Source of the DNA: an uncultured Faecalibacterium sp.
GTDB lineage: Bacteria; Bacillota; Clostridia; Oscillospirales; Ruminococcaceae
Direction of reading: 5' to 3'
DNA: 64,000 nt
Assembly (NCBI GenBank): GCA_934525845.1
Contig: CAKSZS010000002.1
Location: 29,265 to 93,264, forward strand
Below the pieces are notes generated by a model that saw nothing but the letters and a program-made list of their open reading frames with translations, was not told the DNA's origin and did no database searches. Within the stretch, counting starts at the first letter, position 1; every line of letters begins with the position of its first letter. This document shows, piece by piece, positions 17,150-26,658 of the stretch. The position numbers and the translations under genes were made by a program.

Positions 17150-17359
17150 TCATGCGTGCTGCAGCTCCCGCCAGACCCAGACGCGCAGGGTCTCGGGGGA
17201 AATGCCGCCGCCGTAGAGCAGTGCTGCCCGGTTCCAGCTGACCTTGCCCGGGCCGAGAAATACGATCTCAAAGGCCCGGCGGGTCAGCGGGTCCTCGACG
17301 GTGTCGATAAAGCCGCGCCGCTCTGCGCGGGAAAGCCTGCGGAATGCTCGGATGCTCAC
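17150..17359 (-). CDS. small sigma-70 region-4-like / ArpU-RinA-like putative late transcription regulator (69 aa)
   Basis: GTG start overlaps the SNF2 stop as GTGA. The sequence RGFIDTVEDPLTRRAFEIVFLGPGKVSWNRAALLYGGGISPETLRVW resembles a sigma-r4 HTH. Confidence 0.35.
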   Translation of the reverse strand: MSIRAFRRLSRAERRGFIDTVEDPLTRRAFEIVFLGPGKVSWNRAALLYGGGISPETLRVWVWRELQHA

Positions 17360-18729
17360 TTGCTGTCTCCTCTCTGTGCTGCCCGAATGCGGGTCTTGAC
17401 GGCCTGCATCAGGGCGTTCTGGTCGGTGTCTTTGCGATTCAGGGCTTTCACCACCATCTCGTCGGCCCCGCCTTTGACGATCAACCGGTGGACGATGACG
17501 CTCTGGGTCTGGCCTTGGCGGTAGAGCCGGGCCTCGCCCTGGGCGTACAGCTCCAGACTCCATGGCAGGCTGTACCAGACCAGGTGGTGCCCGCCCTGCT
17601 GCAGATTCAGCCCGTAGGCGCAGCTGGCGGGCTGGGCCAGAAGGACGTCCAGTTTTCCTGCGTTCCAGTCTGCGGCATCCTGCCCGGAGCGCAGCACGGC
17701 GAACCGGAGGCCCTTGTGGCGGGTTTTCAGCGTCTCGGCGAGCTGCTCCTCGTCGAAGCGGAAACCGTAAAACACGAGGGCTTTCTGCCCGCCCAGCGCG
17801 TCGATCAGCTCATCAAAGGCGTCCAGCTTGCACCGGTGGATCTGGTGCACCGTGCCGTCGGCGTCGTAGATGCTGCCGTTGCACAGCTGCAAAAGCTTCC
17901 CGGTCAGGGCTGCTGCCTGCTGCGCCGTGATGGTTTCGCCGTCCACGTCCAGCAGGTAGTCCTTTTCGAGCTTCTTGTAGGCCGCTTTGGCGGGTTTGTC
18001 CAGCACCACCGGGATGTCGTCGAGGATCTTCTCCGGCAGGGTCAGGTGGTCGGCGGCTTTGAAGCTCAGGACGACGTCCTTGATATGGCTCTCCACGGCT
18101 TCCGCGGCACCGTCCTTCGGCTCGTAGCTGTACTCGGTGGGCCAGAAGTAGTCCTTGCGGTAGTGGGTGATGTACCGCCCCAGCCGCTCGCCCTGATCCA
18201 GCAGGTAGATCTGGGCCCAGAGGTCCAGCAGGCTGTTGGGCCTGGGTGTGCCGGTGAGCTCCACCACCTTGTGGATGCGGGGACGCACCGCCTTGAGCGC
18301 TTTGAACCGCTGGGCGGCGTGGTTCTTGAAGCTGCTGGCTTCATCCAGCACCACCATGTCAAAATCCCACTTCCGGCCCAGTGTGTGCACCAGCCAGGGG
18401 ACGTTCTCGCGGTTGATGATGTAAATATCCGCTGGGGCTGCCAGAGCGGCGCAGCGCTGCTTCTCGGCGCCCAGCACGGTGGAAATGCGCAGGTGCTGCA
18501 GGTGCTCCCACTTGGCGGCCTCGTCCTGCCAGGTGGCCTCGGCGACTTTCTTCGGGGCAACGATGAGCACCCGGCTGATCTCCAGCCGGTCGTAGATCAG
18601 CTGGTCGATGGCGGTCAGGGTGACCACCGTTTTGCCCAGGCCCATTTCCATCCAGAGCGCCACGCTGGGCTTTTCCAGAATGGCATCAATGCCCGCCTGC
18701 TGGTACGGGTGCGGCGTGAATTGCTGCAT
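17356..18729 (-). CDS. SNF2-family DEAD/DEAH helicase
   Basis: Motif I GLGKT and motif II DEASSFKN, followed by a helicase C-terminal region. 457 aa. Confidence 0.75.
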   Translation of the reverse strand: MQQFTPHPYQQAGIDAILEKPSVALWMEMGLGKTVVTLTAIDQLIYDRLEISRVLIVAPKKVAEATWQDEAAKWEHLQHLRISTVLGAEKQRCAALAAPADIYIINRENVPWLVHTLGRKWDFDMVVLDEASSFKNHAAQRFKALKAVRPRIHKVVELTGTPRPNSLLDLWAQIYLLDQGERLGRYITHYRKDYFWPTEYSYEPKDGAAEAVESHIKDVVLSFKAADHLTLPEKILDDIPVVLDKPAKAAYKKLEKDYLLDVDGETITAQQAAALTGKLLQLCNGSIYDADGTVHQIHRCKLDAFDELIDALGGQKALVFYGFRFDEEQLAETLKTRHKGLRFAVLRSGQDAADWNAGKLDVLLAQPASCAYGLNLQQGGHHLVWYSLPWSLELYAQGEARLYRQGQTQSVIVHRLIVKGGADEMVVKALNRKDTDQNALMQAVKTRIRAAQRGDSK

Positions 18730-18763
18730 TGGTTTTGACCTCCGTTTCTTTTAGGGCAGCGCG

Positions 18764-19102
18764 TCAGTCGGTGAGCTCTGCTTCGCGCACCAGTCTTTCG
18801 TCGCTGGCGTCCCGCATACTGTGCACCAGCTTCAGCGCCTTCTCGGCGGTGCTGATCTCGTAGCAGGGAAACCCGAACTCCCACAGCCGGTCGTGCCACC
18901 ACTCCTGCAGACCGCCCGCTTTGACCTTGGCGCCGGGGCGCTTGAGCTCCACAAAGGCGATGACACCGCCGGGGAAGAGGATCATCCGGTCCGGCACCCC
19001 TCTGTGTCCGGGGCAGACCCACTTCAGGCACACGCCTCCCTCGGCCTCCACGGCCTTGCGCAGGACGTTCTCGATGCTCTTTTCCAGAGGTTTGTTTGTC
19101 AT
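18764..19102 (-). CDS. VRR-NUC domain nuclease
   Basis: The start was refined to ATG at 19102 (GGAAGGAGA RBS). It sits beside the SNF2 helicase, as is typical. Confidence 0.6.
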   Translation of the reverse strand: MTNKPLEKSIENVLRKAVEAEGGVCLKWVCPGHRGVPDRMILFPGGVIAFVELKRPGAKVKAGGLQEWWHDRLWEFGFPCYEISTAEKALKLVHSMRDASDERLVREAELTD

Positions 19103-19157
19103 TTGTAGTTTCTCCTTCCGTTTTGGGCCGAACATACAAACATACAAAACATACCCA

Positions 19158-19330
19158 AATCCCTATAATCCCTCACGCGAAGCGTATAAGACTCTCACGC
19201 GTATACGCCCGCGCCTTATTTCCTTTTGTTTTTCCCCTTAAGAAGAAAAAGATTGTATGTTGCGTATGTTTTGCCCAGAAAACCCGCATGAACACTCACT
19301 TTTTCGTGCATACAAACTTTTCGGGCTTTG
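19158..19330. repeat. low-GC conserved non-coding element, partial/divergent copy R2, followed by extra GTATGTT iterons to ~19465
   Basis: Shares AAATCCCTATAA..., GTATGTTGCGTATGTTT and CCAGAAAACCCGCATGAACACTCACTTTTTCGTGCATACAAACTTT with R1 and R3. Confidence 0.7.
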
Positions 19331-19483
19331 TATGTTGTCTGTATGTTCTGTATGTTTTGACCGTTTTTGCGGTGCTTGATTTCTTCGGTTCTCTTAATGT
19401 TTGCAAAAATCTCTGTATGTTCGTTACGCCGACCTGCTCTGTATGTTCTGTATGTTCATCAAAGCGGTTTCGGCTCAATGGAG

Positions 19484-21886
19484 TTACTCGGCTTTTCTGC
19501 GCCAGATGCGCTGCACGCCGTAGCAGCCGCACCGCTGCGGGTACTTGCCCGGCGCCCAGTCCGGCAGGCCGTTCAGCACCGCTGCAATGCGCTTGGACTG
19601 CTGCCGGTCAGGGGCCTTTCCGGTGCTGTCCAGGCACTCGCGCCACAGCTCATTGACGCAGATCGTGGTGCGCTGCTGGCCGTCTGCGGGGGCCTCCCCG
19701 GGGCCGTTCTCCCACCAGGCCACCCGCTCGTCCACGGTGCGCTTGGCCCAGTCCAGGGGCACCGGCTTTGCCAGAAATTCGAGGATGTCACCCTCCCAGG
19801 GGTCACGCTCGGTGTGGGCCTGCTGCTCGGCCAGAGCGGCCTTTTGCAGCTCATCCCGGAGGATCAGCTCCTCTCCGGCGTTGAACCGGACCACGGCTTC
19901 GGCCCACACCTGGTCCACCTCGGCGGGGGTCAGATCGTCGTGGACCACCTTCGTCCGGCGCTCAAAGCTGCAGTCTATGGGCCAGTAACGGCGGTTTCCG
20001 GTGGTGTCGCGGAGAAAATCGGAACCGTTGGAGGTGCCGAAGAACACGCACCGGCGGGGGTACTGCACCGTCCGTCGGCCATAGGCGGCCCGGTAGCGGT
20101 CCTCGGTCTGGCTCAGGAACTGCTTGGCCGCTTCGCTCTCGCTGCGGCTGAAGGCCGTCATCTCGCCCAGCTCGACGATCCACACGCCGCGCAGGTTCTC
20201 GCGGGCGTCCTTGCCGTCGAAGCTGGTGATCGAGTCGTTGAACCAGTCCCGGCCCATGCGGGAGAGCAGCAGGCTCTTGCCAATGCCCTGTTTGCCGCTG
20301 AGGATGCAGATCTGGTCGAACTTGCACCCGGGCCGGAAGCACCGGGCCACCGCAGCGACGAACATCTTCCGGGTCACCGCCCGGGTGTAGCTGCTGTCCT
20401 CCGCACCCAAGTAGTCGATGAACAGCCGGTCCAGCCGCTCGGTGCCGTCCCAGACAAGGCCCTGCAGGTACTCCCGCACCGGGTCTTTGGCGTGGTGGCC
20501 GCCGGTCAGGGCCACGGCGTCGGCGGCCTTGTTGACCCCGCTGAAGTGGTAGGCCGTCTCCAGATACCACCGCACACCGGCGTCGTCCTCGTCGGCCCAG
20601 TCCCGCTCCTGCGCCTTGTCGCTCCATGGGAACGGGCCCTTGCACCGCAGCCGCTCGGCAAAGGTGTCATTCCAGATGCGGCCCTTGAGCGCCGGGTCGT
20701 GCTCGAGGATGACCCAGGCGTTCTGGATGGTACAGGCCAGGGCGCCCTTCTGGGTGCGGTCCAGCTTCTCCTGCCATTTGTCCGGGTCGGTGTCTTCGTC
20801 CGGCAGCGGCTCGAAGCCCTCCTTCGCATGGTCTACGGCCTCCTGCCGCAGCAGCGTTGCCGTGGGGCCGTCGCTCTCGGCCAGCGCCCGCATCTGCTGC
20901 CAGCTGGGCAGGGAAGCGGTGGGCGTGCCGGGGGCGGCGTCCGCGTCCAGTTCCCCGAACTTATGGATGCGCACCAGGTCCCAGGCGTTCAGCAGCTTGC
21001 CGCCTGCCGGGTCGGTGCTGTGGTGGCTGTATAAAAAGGTGTCGTTGTCGTAGAGCACCGCACCGGCGGTGGTGCTGCCTGCGGCGTAGGTCAGGCGGCC
21101 AGCGCCGGCATCGACGTACACCCCGGGCAGGAACTTCTCGATCGCTGCCGGAATGTCGTAAGTCCGGCAGAAAGCGCCCACGACGCCCTGTTTGGCGGTG
21201 GGGTCGGCCTGCTTGCCGCCGGGCAGCTTGACCGTCTCCGCAGGGCAGGCGGGCCACTGCCGCACGTCGTGCCAGTCCGCGTAGAGCCACAGCAGGTCGT
21301 CCACGCTGATGCGGCTGCCGTCCTCGGTGGCCCCGCAGACCCACGCGCTGTCGGCTGACCGGCTGGGCCAGTACATCAGGCGCTCGGTCTCGAAGGTGGT
21401 AGGGTCAAACACCTTCATAGTCGGGTCCAGCATCTGGGCGGCCATGCGGGCGCAGGGCTGGTATTCCTCCGGCTGCATCACCCGGTCGGTGGGGAAGATG
21501 GCCCGCAGCCGCGGGTGCTCCGGGTTGTGCTTGCGGGTGGAGTAGACCGCTGCGGTGCCCATGCCCTTGATGGCCTGCACCCATTTAGCGGTGCTGCCGG
21601 GGGCGCAGTTGTCCAGATCCAGCGTGATGAGGCTGCGCCCAGTGCAGCAGCCGCGCTTGCGGCTCCCGTTCCGCAGGCTGCCGCCTACGAAGCCGCCCAC
21701 GTCCTTCAGATCTGCCTGCTTGCTCTTGGGCAGGGCCATGTACTCCGCGTGGGTCTCGGTGCCGCAGTTTCGCTTCATCCGGTCTGCGAGGGTGGTGGTG
21801 AAACCCTCCCAGCCCAGCTCATGCAGTTCCCACTCAGTCGCTGTCCGGCTGTTGGCCACGCTGATTGCGATCGGTGTAGCGCTCAT
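19484..21886 (-). CDS. phage primase / VirE (virulence-associated E) family P-loop protein with N-terminal primase-polymerase-like domain
   Basis: Start ATG at 21886 (AAGGAGGG RBS). The P-loop region is ILSGKQGIGKSLLLSRMG. About 800 aa. Confidence 0.75.
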   Translation of the reverse strand: MSATPIAISVANSRTATEWELHELGWEGFTTTLADRMKRNCGTETHAEYMALPKSKQADLKDVGGFVGGSLRNGSRKRGCCTGRSLITLDLDNCAPGSTAKWVQAIKGMGTAAVYSTRKHNPEHPRLRAIFPTDRVMQPEEYQPCARMAAQMLDPTMKVFDPTTFETERLMYWPSRSADSAWVCGATEDGSRISVDDLLWLYADWHDVRQWPACPAETVKLPGGKQADPTAKQGVVGAFCRTYDIPAAIEKFLPGVYVDAGAGRLTYAAGSTTAGAVLYDNDTFLYSHHSTDPAGGKLLNAWDLVRIHKFGELDADAAPGTPTASLPSWQQMRALAESDGPTATLLRQEAVDHAKEGFEPLPDEDTDPDKWQEKLDRTQKGALACTIQNAWVILEHDPALKGRIWNDTFAERLRCKGPFPWSDKAQERDWADEDDAGVRWYLETAYHFSGVNKAADAVALTGGHHAKDPVREYLQGLVWDGTERLDRLFIDYLGAEDSSYTRAVTRKMFVAAVARCFRPGCKFDQICILSGKQGIGKSLLLSRMGRDWFNDSITSFDGKDARENLRGVWIVELGEMTAFSRSESEAAKQFLSQTEDRYRAAYGRRTVQYPRRCVFFGTSNGSDFLRDTTGNRRYWPIDCSFERRTKVVHDDLTPAEVDQVWAEAVVRFNAGEELILRDELQKAALAEQQAHTERDPWEGDILEFLAKPVPLDWAKRTVDERVAWWENGPGEAPADGQQRTTICVNELWRECLDSTGKAPDRQQSKRIAAVLNGLPDWAPGKYPQRCGCYGVQRIWRRKAE

Positions 21887-22152
21887 TCTTCTCCCTCCTT
21901 CAGCGGGCCGTACTTGTACCGCCGCGCGTTCCATCTGGCCTTTGCGTCGATCTGGGTGCTGCCGCGCTCACCAACCCTGCCGCACTTGGTGCAGACCACC
22001 GACCAGCCGCCGTCGCTGGCGTACTTGCTGCTCTTGCGGTAGCGGGTTAGCCCGACCCTACCGTGCGGGCGTTTCTCCGGGTCGCAGGGCATCGCCCCGC
22101 AGACGCAGGCGAACAGCTCCGAGGCGCTGGGGGCTTCTGCTGCTTTCTTCAT
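21883..22152 (-). CDS. Lar-family restriction-alleviation-like zinc-finger protein
   Basis: Cys pairs CVCGAMPC ... CTKCG in ~89 aa. Start ATG at 22152 (GGAGGGAAAG RBS). Confidence 0.45.
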   Translation of the reverse strand: MKKAAEAPSASELFACVCGAMPCDPEKRPHGRVGLTRYRKSSKYASDGGWSVVCTKCGRVGERGSTQIDAKARWNARRYKYGPLKEGEE

Positions 22153-22352
22153 CGTCTGCTTTCCCTCCATTCCTTCTGCGGGATCATGTGCACGTCCAGC
22201 CGCCGCAGGATCTGCATCGCCAGTGCCACGCCCTGCGCTTCCCTGAGCCGATGCGCGGCCAGCAGGGCGTCGTGCTCGGTCTGAAGCCGGGTCAGCGCGG
22301 TATCCTGTGAAACCGCATATACCGCTGCTTTTTCAAATGTCGTTGCGTTCAT
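22149..22352 (-). CDS. hypothetical small phage protein (67 aa)
   Basis: Short ORF between the DNA polymerase and Lar-like genes. Confidence 0.3.
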   Translation of the reverse strand: MNATTFEKAAVYAVSQDTALTRLQTEHDALLAAHRLREAQGVALAMQILRRLDVHMIPQKEWRESRR

Positions 22353-22357
22353 CGTCC

Positions 22358-24355
22358 TTAGTCCTTTGTAAAGAAATCGCCGTGCCAGCCTGCGGCGTTC
22401 AGGGGCAGGCCCTCGGCCCAGGGCGGCACCTGGCTCATAATGCGCACCACGTTGGCCAGGGCGTCGTCGGCGTCCCGTGCGACCGGCAGCTCGATGATGA
22501 CCTCATCGTGGACGTGGAACACCACCCGGTAGCCCGCCCGGCACAGGTTGCCCAGCGCGAAGGCCAGACAATCCCGGCCCACGGCTTGGGTGAGGTTCTC
22601 GGTCAGCTTGCCGCCGTAGGTCTCTGCTTCCCGCCAGCCGCCGTTGTCCCATTCCTTATAAGTAATGCGGTCATCCGGTGTAGTGCCGGGGTCGGCGTAG
22701 AAGAGCTTGCGCCCGCCGGGCAACTGCAGGGTCAGAAACGGGAAGGGGAAACCGTGGGCCAGCTCCTTGCGGAAGATCACGCCCGCTCTGGGCTGGGTGG
22801 TCTTGCCGGTGCGGATGGTGTGCACGGCAGCGTCCTGCATCCTGCGCCAGAGCTTGCAGATGCGGGGGTTCTGCCGCCGCCAGCGGTTCACGATGTCCTG
22901 CAGGCCCTCGTCGTCCAGACCCAGCTGATCGCCGCCCATGCGCTTCATGGCCCCCACGCCGCCCTGATAGCCCAGAGCCAGCGTTGCCACTTTGCCGCGC
23001 TGGCGGTACTTGTAGTTGGGGTTTCCCTTGACGATACTGTCAAAGGGCACCCCGAAGATGCGGGCGGCGGTGGCTTCGTAGATCTTGCCCGTGGTGCGGA
23101 ATACGTCCAGCACCCATTCTTCGCCCGCCAGCCAGGCAATCAGCCGGGCCTCGATGGCCGAGAAGTCGGCGTCCACGAAGGTGTACCCTTTGCCGGGCAC
23201 CAGTGCCGTGCGGATGAGCTGGCTCAGGGTGTCCGACACATTGTCGGTGAGCAGGGCCAGCGCTTCAGGGTCGTGTAGCTTTACAACGCTGCGCCATTCA
23301 GCTTGATGGTCGAGGTAAGTGCGGGGGAGGTTCTGCACTTGAAGCAGCCGCCCGGCCCAGCGCCCTGTCCGGCTGGCTCCGTAGAACTGCAGGGTGCCTC
23401 GTACCCGGTGGTCGGGGCCGGCGCTGGCCGCGATGGTCTCATACTTGGTGTTGCTGGTCTTGCCCAGCTGCTGCCGGAGCTCCAGCACTCTGCGCACGTC
23501 GCTGGGCAGGTCACCCGCCAGAGCCTTGCCTACGTCCTCTTTGGTCAGGCCGGGCATCTCTACGCCCCGGTTATGGAGCCAGCCGAGGAGCTGGGCGCGG
23601 CTGCCGGGGTTGGCCAGACCGGTCAGCGCTTTGCTCTCGGAGGTCTGTTCCTCCGTGATCAGCGCGGAGCAGGCAAGGGCACCCTCTACCAGCCCCATGT
23701 CCACGGCTACGCCCCGGGCGTTCATCTCTACGTCCTCCCGCCACTGCTGCATGATCTCCTCCGGCACCGGCCAGGGGGCCAGCTTCCGGTCGTTCGCCCG
23801 CTCGGCGATCACGTCCATGCCGTTATACTTGCAGAACAGATGCCATTTGGCGGGGTCGTGCTGAGGCAAGTTGCGGGTGCGCCCGCCGTTGCGCTTTGTG
23901 GGCTTGCAGGGTTTGCAGAAGTAGGTGATCAGCGCCTTGCCCTCTTTCATCTTGAGAGCATCCTCCGGCTGCTGCAGTACCTGACCCAGCGCACCCAGCT
24001 GGGCGGGCAGGCCGCAGTACAGTGCGTGCACCATGCTGCATTCCCACTGCTGGAGCCACTCGATGCGCTCGTCCCAGCTCAGCTCCATGGCTTCAGACAG
24101 GCACCACCACTCGAACGCAGCGTTGTGCGCCCGCTTGGTGTAATTGGCGTTGCGCAACCACGAGAGATTCCGCAGGGCACCCCGTGGGTCGGGGAAGATG
24201 GTCAGGTCGAGCACCGTTACCCTGTCGGCATCTCCGATGGCAAAGCCCAGCAGCAGAATCTGAAACTCCGGGTCCTGCGCGTACCGGTAGGCACCCACGG
24301 CTTTGATGTCCTGCGGCGAGTAGGTCTCGATATCCACCGTGATGATCGGTTTCAC
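22358..24355 (-). CDS. family-A DNA polymerase (T7/Pol I-like, with 3'-5' exonuclease domain)
   Basis: The exonuclease motif (TVDIETYS) is followed by the polymerase motifs RQRGKVATLALGYQGG and VHDEVIIE. Confidence 0.8.
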   Translation of the reverse strand: MKPIITVDIETYSPQDIKAVGAYRYAQDPEFQILLLGFAIGDADRVTVLDLTIFPDPRGALRNLSWLRNANYTKRAHNAAFEWWCLSEAMELSWDERIEWLQQWECSMVHALYCGLPAQLGALGQVLQQPEDALKMKEGKALITYFCKPCKPTKRNGGRTRNLPQHDPAKWHLFCKYNGMDVIAERANDRKLAPWPVPEEIMQQWREDVEMNARGVAVDMGLVEGALACSALITEEQTSESKALTGLANPGSRAQLLGWLHNRGVEMPGLTKEDVGKALAGDLPSDVRRVLELRQQLGKTSNTKYETIAASAGPDHRVRGTLQFYGASRTGRWAGRLLQVQNLPRTYLDHQAEWRSVVKLHDPEALALLTDNVSDTLSQLIRTALVPGKGYTFVDADFSAIEARLIAWLAGEEWVLDVFRTTGKIYEATAARIFGVPFDSIVKGNPNYKYRQRGKVATLALGYQGGVGAMKRMGGDQLGLDDEGLQDIVNRWRRQNPRICKLWRRMQDAAVHTIRTGKTTQPRAGVIFRKELAHGFPFPFLTLQLPGGRKLFYADPGTTPDDRITYKEWDNGGWREAETYGGKLTENLTQAVGRDCLAFALGNLCRAGYRVVFHVHDEVIIELPVARDADDALANVVRIMSQVPPWAEGLPLNAAGWHGDFFTKD

Positions 24356-24418
24356 GGGTTCCTCCTTTCAAAAAGACCGGAGGGCCTTTGCGGGGCGCCT
24401 CCGGTTCTGCTGCTGGGG

Positions 24419-24964
24419 TCAGCCCAGCAGGTCTTCGTCCTCGTCGGTCAGTTCCTCGAAGCCGTCCAGGTTGTTGCCGCCGCTCAGGCGTTCGCCGTCG
24501 CGGACCTTGCGGATGGTCTCGAGACCTGCGCCGATGCCCTTGTTGCCGCTGGCGCTGTAGGAGAAGAAGCCTACCTTGACCTGGGCGTAGCAGCCGCTGT
24601 ACACCTCGTCCTGGTCGAGGATCTCGGCGCACTGGCGGTCAACGATCAGCGGGCGGCGCTTTTCGCTGGAGTTGGCGTTCATGAACCAGCAGCCTGCGTA
24701 GTTCTCGTCGTCCTTCTCCTCGTCGCCATCGCGCAGGGGCTCCTTCAGCTTCGGGGGCAGCTTGCCGCCCCACTTGGCGAGGGACGCAGGGTCCTTCTTG
24801 ACCGCCTCGATGGCGGCCTTGATCTTGGCCAGGGTCTCGGTGTCCTTCTTGGAGATCAGCAGGCAGCAGGAATACTTGGGGTCGCCGGTGCCGTTCACCT
24901 GCTTGGGTTCCCAGATGTTGGCGTAAGACAGGCGGCAGGGGATAATGACTTCATTTGCGTTCAT
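24419..24964 (-). CDS. DUF2815-like phage ssDNA-binding protein
   Basis: 181-aa ORF adjacent to the DUF2800-type nuclease. Acidic C-terminal tail (EELTDEDEDLLG). Confidence 0.5.
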   Translation of the reverse strand: MNANEVIIPCRLSYANIWEPKQVNGTGDPKYSCCLLISKKDTETLAKIKAAIEAVKKDPASLAKWGGKLPPKLKEPLRDGDEEKDDENYAGCWFMNANSSEKRRPLIVDRQCAEILDQDEVYSGCYAQVKVGFFSYSASGNKGIGAGLETIRKVRDGERLSGGNNLDGFEELTDEDEDLLG

Positions 24965-24968
24965 AGTT

Positions 24969-26117
24969 TCAGTCCTCCATGGGCTCGAAGCCCTCTAAGC
25001 GGTTGTAGGCAGGGCGCGGGTCGCTGGCTGCTGCCAGTTTGGGTGCGCCGGGTGCCCGGGTGATAAAGGCCGACATGGTCTCGGCAAATTTCTTTTTGCC
25101 GATCATCTTCTCGGCAGCGGTCAGGGAAATGGGGGTGCGGGTGTACAGCATGGCCTCGTCGATGCCGTCGTGCTCCATCTGCTGGAACGCGGCGTCCTGA
25201 TCGATCCACTTGCGGGTGCTGCGGCCCTGCACCAGCTTCCAGCCGGGCAGGCTGCGGCCCTCCATCAGGGCCTGCTGGGCGTAGTCCTCCAGCTCTTTGG
25301 CGTAGGCGGCCAGTCCTTCCAGCTTTTGCAGCCACTCGCCCAGCTCCTCGTCGGAGAGTGTAGCGGGCTCCGGGTAGGGCTCAAACCCGGCCAGAGGGCC
25401 GTATTTGTCCTTCCATGCCCGGCAGGCAGGGTGCGCCTTGCAGAAGCGGCAGTGTTCGCCTGTGACAAACTCGCCCTCGCCCCGCCATGCCATGTGCGCG
25501 GCGGGCGCCAGTACCTCTCGTGCCCAGGCGAGCAGATCAGCCAGTGGAAGCTCCCAGGTCTGGGGCTCCTCCTGCATCCGGGGCTGTACAATGCTCATAC
25601 GCACCGTGTCGATGTCGTCGATGCCGTTAAACAGCTCGTAGGCGCCGAGGGCGTAGTACATGAGCTGCGGATTGCGCTCCGGGCTGACCGGCACACCCTG
25701 GCCGTACTTGAAGTCGATGATGTGCAGCAGCCCGCCGCCGATCATCAGGCAGTCGCAGGTGCCGAAGCCCTGCGGCACCCAACGGCTCACATCCACTTCC
25801 TGTTCGATGAACACGCCGGGGCGGCAGGGGAAGCCGACCCACAGGTCATGAAGGAAGCTGACGTACTGATTGGCAGCCTTAATCATCTCAGGGGTGGCTC
25901 CTGTCCGTTCCAGAAGAAGGTCTACGGGGCGGCCCTGCTCCCATTCGGCGAGGTTGTGCCGGAGAGCGGCCTCGCACACTTCATGCGCCCGGGTGCCCTC
26001 TGCTGCGTACTTGCTCTCTTCGTCCGGCAGGTTGGCAGTGGCCTGAGCGCTGGGCGTGCAGGCGATCCACCGGGCGGCGCTGGATGCACCCAGCAGGGCG
26101 TGCTTAACCGGCGGCAT
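24969..26117 (-). CDS. PD-(D/E)XK nuclease (DUF2800 / Cas4-like) with C-terminal Cys cluster
   Basis: IIDFKYG (D...K) motif and CRFCKAHPACRA cysteines. Confidence 0.65.
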   Translation of the reverse strand: MPPVKHALLGASSAARWIACTPSAQATANLPDEESKYAAEGTRAHEVCEAALRHNLAEWEQGRPVDLLLERTGATPEMIKAANQYVSFLHDLWVGFPCRPGVFIEQEVDVSRWVPQGFGTCDCLMIGGGLLHIIDFKYGQGVPVSPERNPQLMYYALGAYELFNGIDDIDTVRMSIVQPRMQEEPQTWELPLADLLAWAREVLAPAAHMAWRGEGEFVTGEHCRFCKAHPACRAWKDKYGPLAGFEPYPEPATLSDEELGEWLQKLEGLAAYAKELEDYAQQALMEGRSLPGWKLVQGRSTRKWIDQDAAFQQMEHDGIDEAMLYTRTPISLTAAEKMIGKKKFAETMSAFITRAPGAPKLAAASDPRPAYNRLEGFEPMED

Positions 26118-26655
26118 TGTTGTCCACCTCGCGGCTCAGGTTCACCAGCTGCTCCCACACAGCGGTGTAGCTCTCCGGCGGCAGCTTGGAGATGGAGGCA
26201 GCGCCGGTGCTCTTGATGATCTGCTGCACCTCGGCCCGCCTGCCGTTTACGATCAGGCTGCGGGCCAGATCGCGGATCTTGTCCAGCGTGGCGGGGTCAG
26301 GCTCCGGGGTAGAACCAGATGTACCGACAGTAGCGTGGGATTCGACTTCGGGGGTCGAAGGGTTTACTGCAGCGGGGTCAGAGGTGTCCCGTTCGGCACC
26401 CTCCTTGGACGTGGAAGCCGAGGTATCGACCACAGTAGGGTTTGCTGCCAGTTCCTCCGCGGGGGCCGCTGCGGGCTTCTGCGTGGCTTTTTTCTGCTTG
26501 GCGGGGGTCTGCGCCTTGGGCTTGTCCGGCGGCGCCGCAGGTTCGCTCTGGGGCTGCGGGGCGGGGGTGATGATGTTGGTCGTGCCGCCCAGATGGTTCA
26601 GCGCGTCCAGAAGCTCTTCCGGCGTTTCGCCGTGGATGTGAAGGTCAAAAGTCAT
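26104..26655 (-). CDS. hypothetical phage protein with long Pro/Ala/Lys-rich disordered linker
   Basis: 183-aa ORF with low-complexity middle region. Confidence 0.35.
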   Translation of the reverse strand: MTFDLHIHGETPEELLDALNHLGGTTNIITPAPQPQSEPAAPPDKPKAQTPAKQKKATQKPAAAPAEELAANPTVVDTSASTSKEGAERDTSDPAAVNPSTPEVESHATVGTSGSTPEPDPATLDKIRDLARSLIVNGRRAEVQQIIKSTGAASISKLPPESYTAVWEQLVNLSREVDNNAAG

Positions 26656-26658
26656 AAG

